From a virus (Duplodnaviria > Caudoviricetes): a stretch of DNA of 56,140 bases. The translations under genes and the position numbers were made by a program. Below the pieces are notes generated by a model. That model did not search any database and had not been told where the DNA came from. It saw only the letters and a program-made list of their open reading frames with translations. Positions 54,365 to 56,140 of the stretch are shown here, in pieces (the first letter of the stretch is position 1; each line of letters starts with the position of its first letter). Where the stretch lies: the IMG/VR virus record IMGVR_UViG_3300044972_000535, positions 1 to 56,140 of that record. One strand, given 5' to 3'.

Positions 54365-54941
54365 GAGTTCACCGCCTGATGAGACTCCTGAAGCCAAGGC
54401 TTTGGCACAGGTTTCTGCCGAACGCTTTAATCGGTACAAGCAGGTTTTCGCTCCGCTCGAGGACGCCTATATCAAGGACGTGTTCAACGTCCGTGACCAG
54501 GGCAACTATGAAACTGCTGGCGGTATTGCATCAGCGCAGTACCAGCCTGAGTTTGAAAAGGCCAAGAGCCAGCTGGACAACGAGATGTTTAGCCAGGGTG
54601 TCGATCCGACATCTGGCGCATTCCAGCAGAACAGCGCCGCCCTTCGTCGCGCCCAGGCAGTCAAGCAGGGCATTGGCATCAGCGGTGCCAAGGTGCAGAA
54701 CACCGACCGCTTCTATCGAGGCCTGCAAGGCGTGATCAACATGGGCCAGGGGCAGGCATCGCAGGCCATCAGTGGCTTGAGCGGCATTGCCAAGACAGCG
54801 ACTGAGAACGCCGTCAACCAAGCAGAGAACTCGTTCAATGCAGGCAGCGCAGCGCGGAAGGGTGTTCTCGGCGTCGCGGGGATGGCGGTCAGTCCCTTTG
54901 TCGATAGCAAGCTGAAGTCTGCTTCTGGCTTAGGAGGCTGA
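54357..54941 (+). CDS. Putative ejection protein
   Basis: Gln/Ala/Gly-rich, GVDPTSG motif, position. Confidence 0.6.
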   Translation: MGKSSPPDETPEAKALAQVSAERFNRYKQVFAPLEDAYIKDVFNVRDQGNYETAGGIASAQYQPEFEKAKSQLDNEMFSQGVDPTSGAFQQNSAALRRAQAVKQGIGISGAKVQNTDRFYRGLQGVINMGQGQASQAISGLSGIAKTATENAVNQAENSFNAGSAARKGVLGVAGMAVSPFVDSKLKSASGLGG

Positions 54942-54944
54942 TAG

Positions 54945-55526
54945 ATGGGTTTCTTTGACAACCTTTCCCAGATCATGGGTCCGAACTACCAGTTTCCGAA
55001 CGGGTTTAACTCGGCATATGCCCCGTACGCTAGTCCAGTTACGTCCGGTGCTGCACCAGCCGGGGGTTTGTATGGTGGGCCAGTGTCCTATTCGCCACAG
55101 ACAAGCGCATTCAGTGGCGTTGATCCGTACAGCTATTCCTTTGACCAAAAGAAGGGTGCGTCGAAGCTGTCTGCGGACGTGATTCGCGCGCAGTACGCAG
55201 ACTACCAGCAACGCTTCGCGCCCATCGAGGACTACGCGGTTGGTTTGCTGCGTGATCGTGGAACAGCTGACGGCCAATACGATATAGCCCGCGCGCAGGA
55301 GTCGATCACCAGCGCCGGAAAGAATATCCAAGGCCAGCAGGAGCGATCCTTTGGCCGCTACGGGTTGAACTTCACCGGAAGTCCGGTTGCTGGTTCAAAC
55401 GAGATGACTGGCGCAATGGTCGGTGCAATGAACCAGGCGCGGTTTGCGGACGAAGATCGTCGTCTGCAACTGCTTGGCGGCGGTGGCGGCGGTCCAAGCA
55501 TGGGCGCTGCGGATCAAGGGGGTTAA
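54945..55526 (+). CDS. Putative ejection protein
   Basis: R.QY.DY..RFAP.E motif shared with the previous gene. Confidence 0.6.
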   Translation: MGFFDNLSQIMGPNYQFPNGFNSAYAPYASPVTSGAAPAGGLYGGPVSYSPQTSAFSGVDPYSYSFDQKKGASKLSADVIRAQYADYQQRFAPIEDYAVGLLRDRGTADGQYDIARAQESITSAGKNIQGQQERSFGRYGLNFTGSPVAGSNEMTGAMVGAMNQARFADEDRRLQLLGGGGGGPSMGAADQGG

Positions 55527-55528
55527 TC

Positions 55529-56056
55529 ATGGCAGGTCTTATCGGAGCAGGTCGCAGCACTCTTAGCCAGGCGACGGGTGGCTTTTCAAACGTAGCTGCG
55601 TTTGAGGCTGCGCGTAATCAGTCCGCCGACAACATGAAAGCGGCGCGCAATGCGCAGCGCATGAGTGCCGTTTCTACCGGCGCAGGTATCGGCGCGTCCA
55701 TTGGCCTGAAGGGCGTGATGGCTGCGAAGACCGCTGCCTCGGCTGTGCCAACGATATCGACAATAGCGCCGACTCTTGCTGCTGCTGCTGCTCCCACTAC
55801 CGCAGCCACCACTATCGGCGCGGCTGCTCTGCCAACGGCAACTGCGGCTCTTGGAACAGGGGCGGCTGCCGGAACTGCCGCCGCCACGGGGGCGGCAACA
55901 ACTGCGGCTGCCACAACGGCTGCGACGACTGCGGCTGCTGCTGGTACGGGTGCTGCGGCTACCGGCGCGATGGCAGCGATTGGGGCAATTGCTACGCCGC
56001 TTCTCATTGGCGCTGGTGCGGCACTGCTGCTCGACAGCATCTTCGACATTTTCTGA
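55529..56056 (+). CDS. Putative ejection protein, Ala/Thr-rich with hydrophobic C-terminus
   Basis: 175 aa; Gly-zipper segment; variable Ala/Thr linker. Confidence 0.65.
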   Translation: MAGLIGAGRSTLSQATGGFSNVAAFEAARNQSADNMKAARNAQRMSAVSTGAGIGASIGLKGVMAAKTAASAVPTISTIAPTLAAAAAPTTAATTIGAAALPTATAALGTGAAAGTAAATGAATTAAATTAATTAAAAGTGAAATGAMAAIGAIATPLLIGAGAALLLDSIFDIF

Positions 56057-56140
56057 GGAACACCCAATGGCGCTTCAATACATCGATCCATTTGAGGGTT
56101 TCACCGGAGGCCTGAAGCTTGGCCTAGACACCATCAAGGG
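56014..56140. repeat. Exact 127-bp terminal overlap with 220-346
   Basis: Direct comparison. Confidence 0.95.

Overview
The window looks like an essentially complete temperate tailed-phage genome with podovirus-like architecture and a Gram-negative host (spanins present). Positions 220-346 are identical to 56014-56140 (127 bp), implying a circle of about 55.8 kb; positions 1-219 are an alternative in-frame allele of the last gene. Modules in order: ejection proteins with a 3154-aa polyvalent protein; attP (3' part of tRNA-Gly GCC) and tyrosine integrase; leftward recombination genes (SSB, YqaJ exonuclease, Sak3-like); rightward replication and nucleotide genes (initiator with iterons, primase-helicase, MazG-like, Ref-like, DUF5664, resolvase); a leftward accessory region with ArdC; TerS; lysis; TerL, portal, scaffold, capsid; tail and fibres. 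Most striking: (1) an array of eight coupled mini-gene cassettes sharing near-identical junction DNA (23248-24826); (2) a polyvalent protein segmented by six Y[ST][GA]R motifs, with an RBS-led out-of-frame 61-aa ORF filling the linker after one putative effector domain; (3) a CsrA-like protein with a large insertion; (4) a candidate structured RNA and coupled leader peptide before the initiator. Family calls come from motif recognition only, with no database searches.
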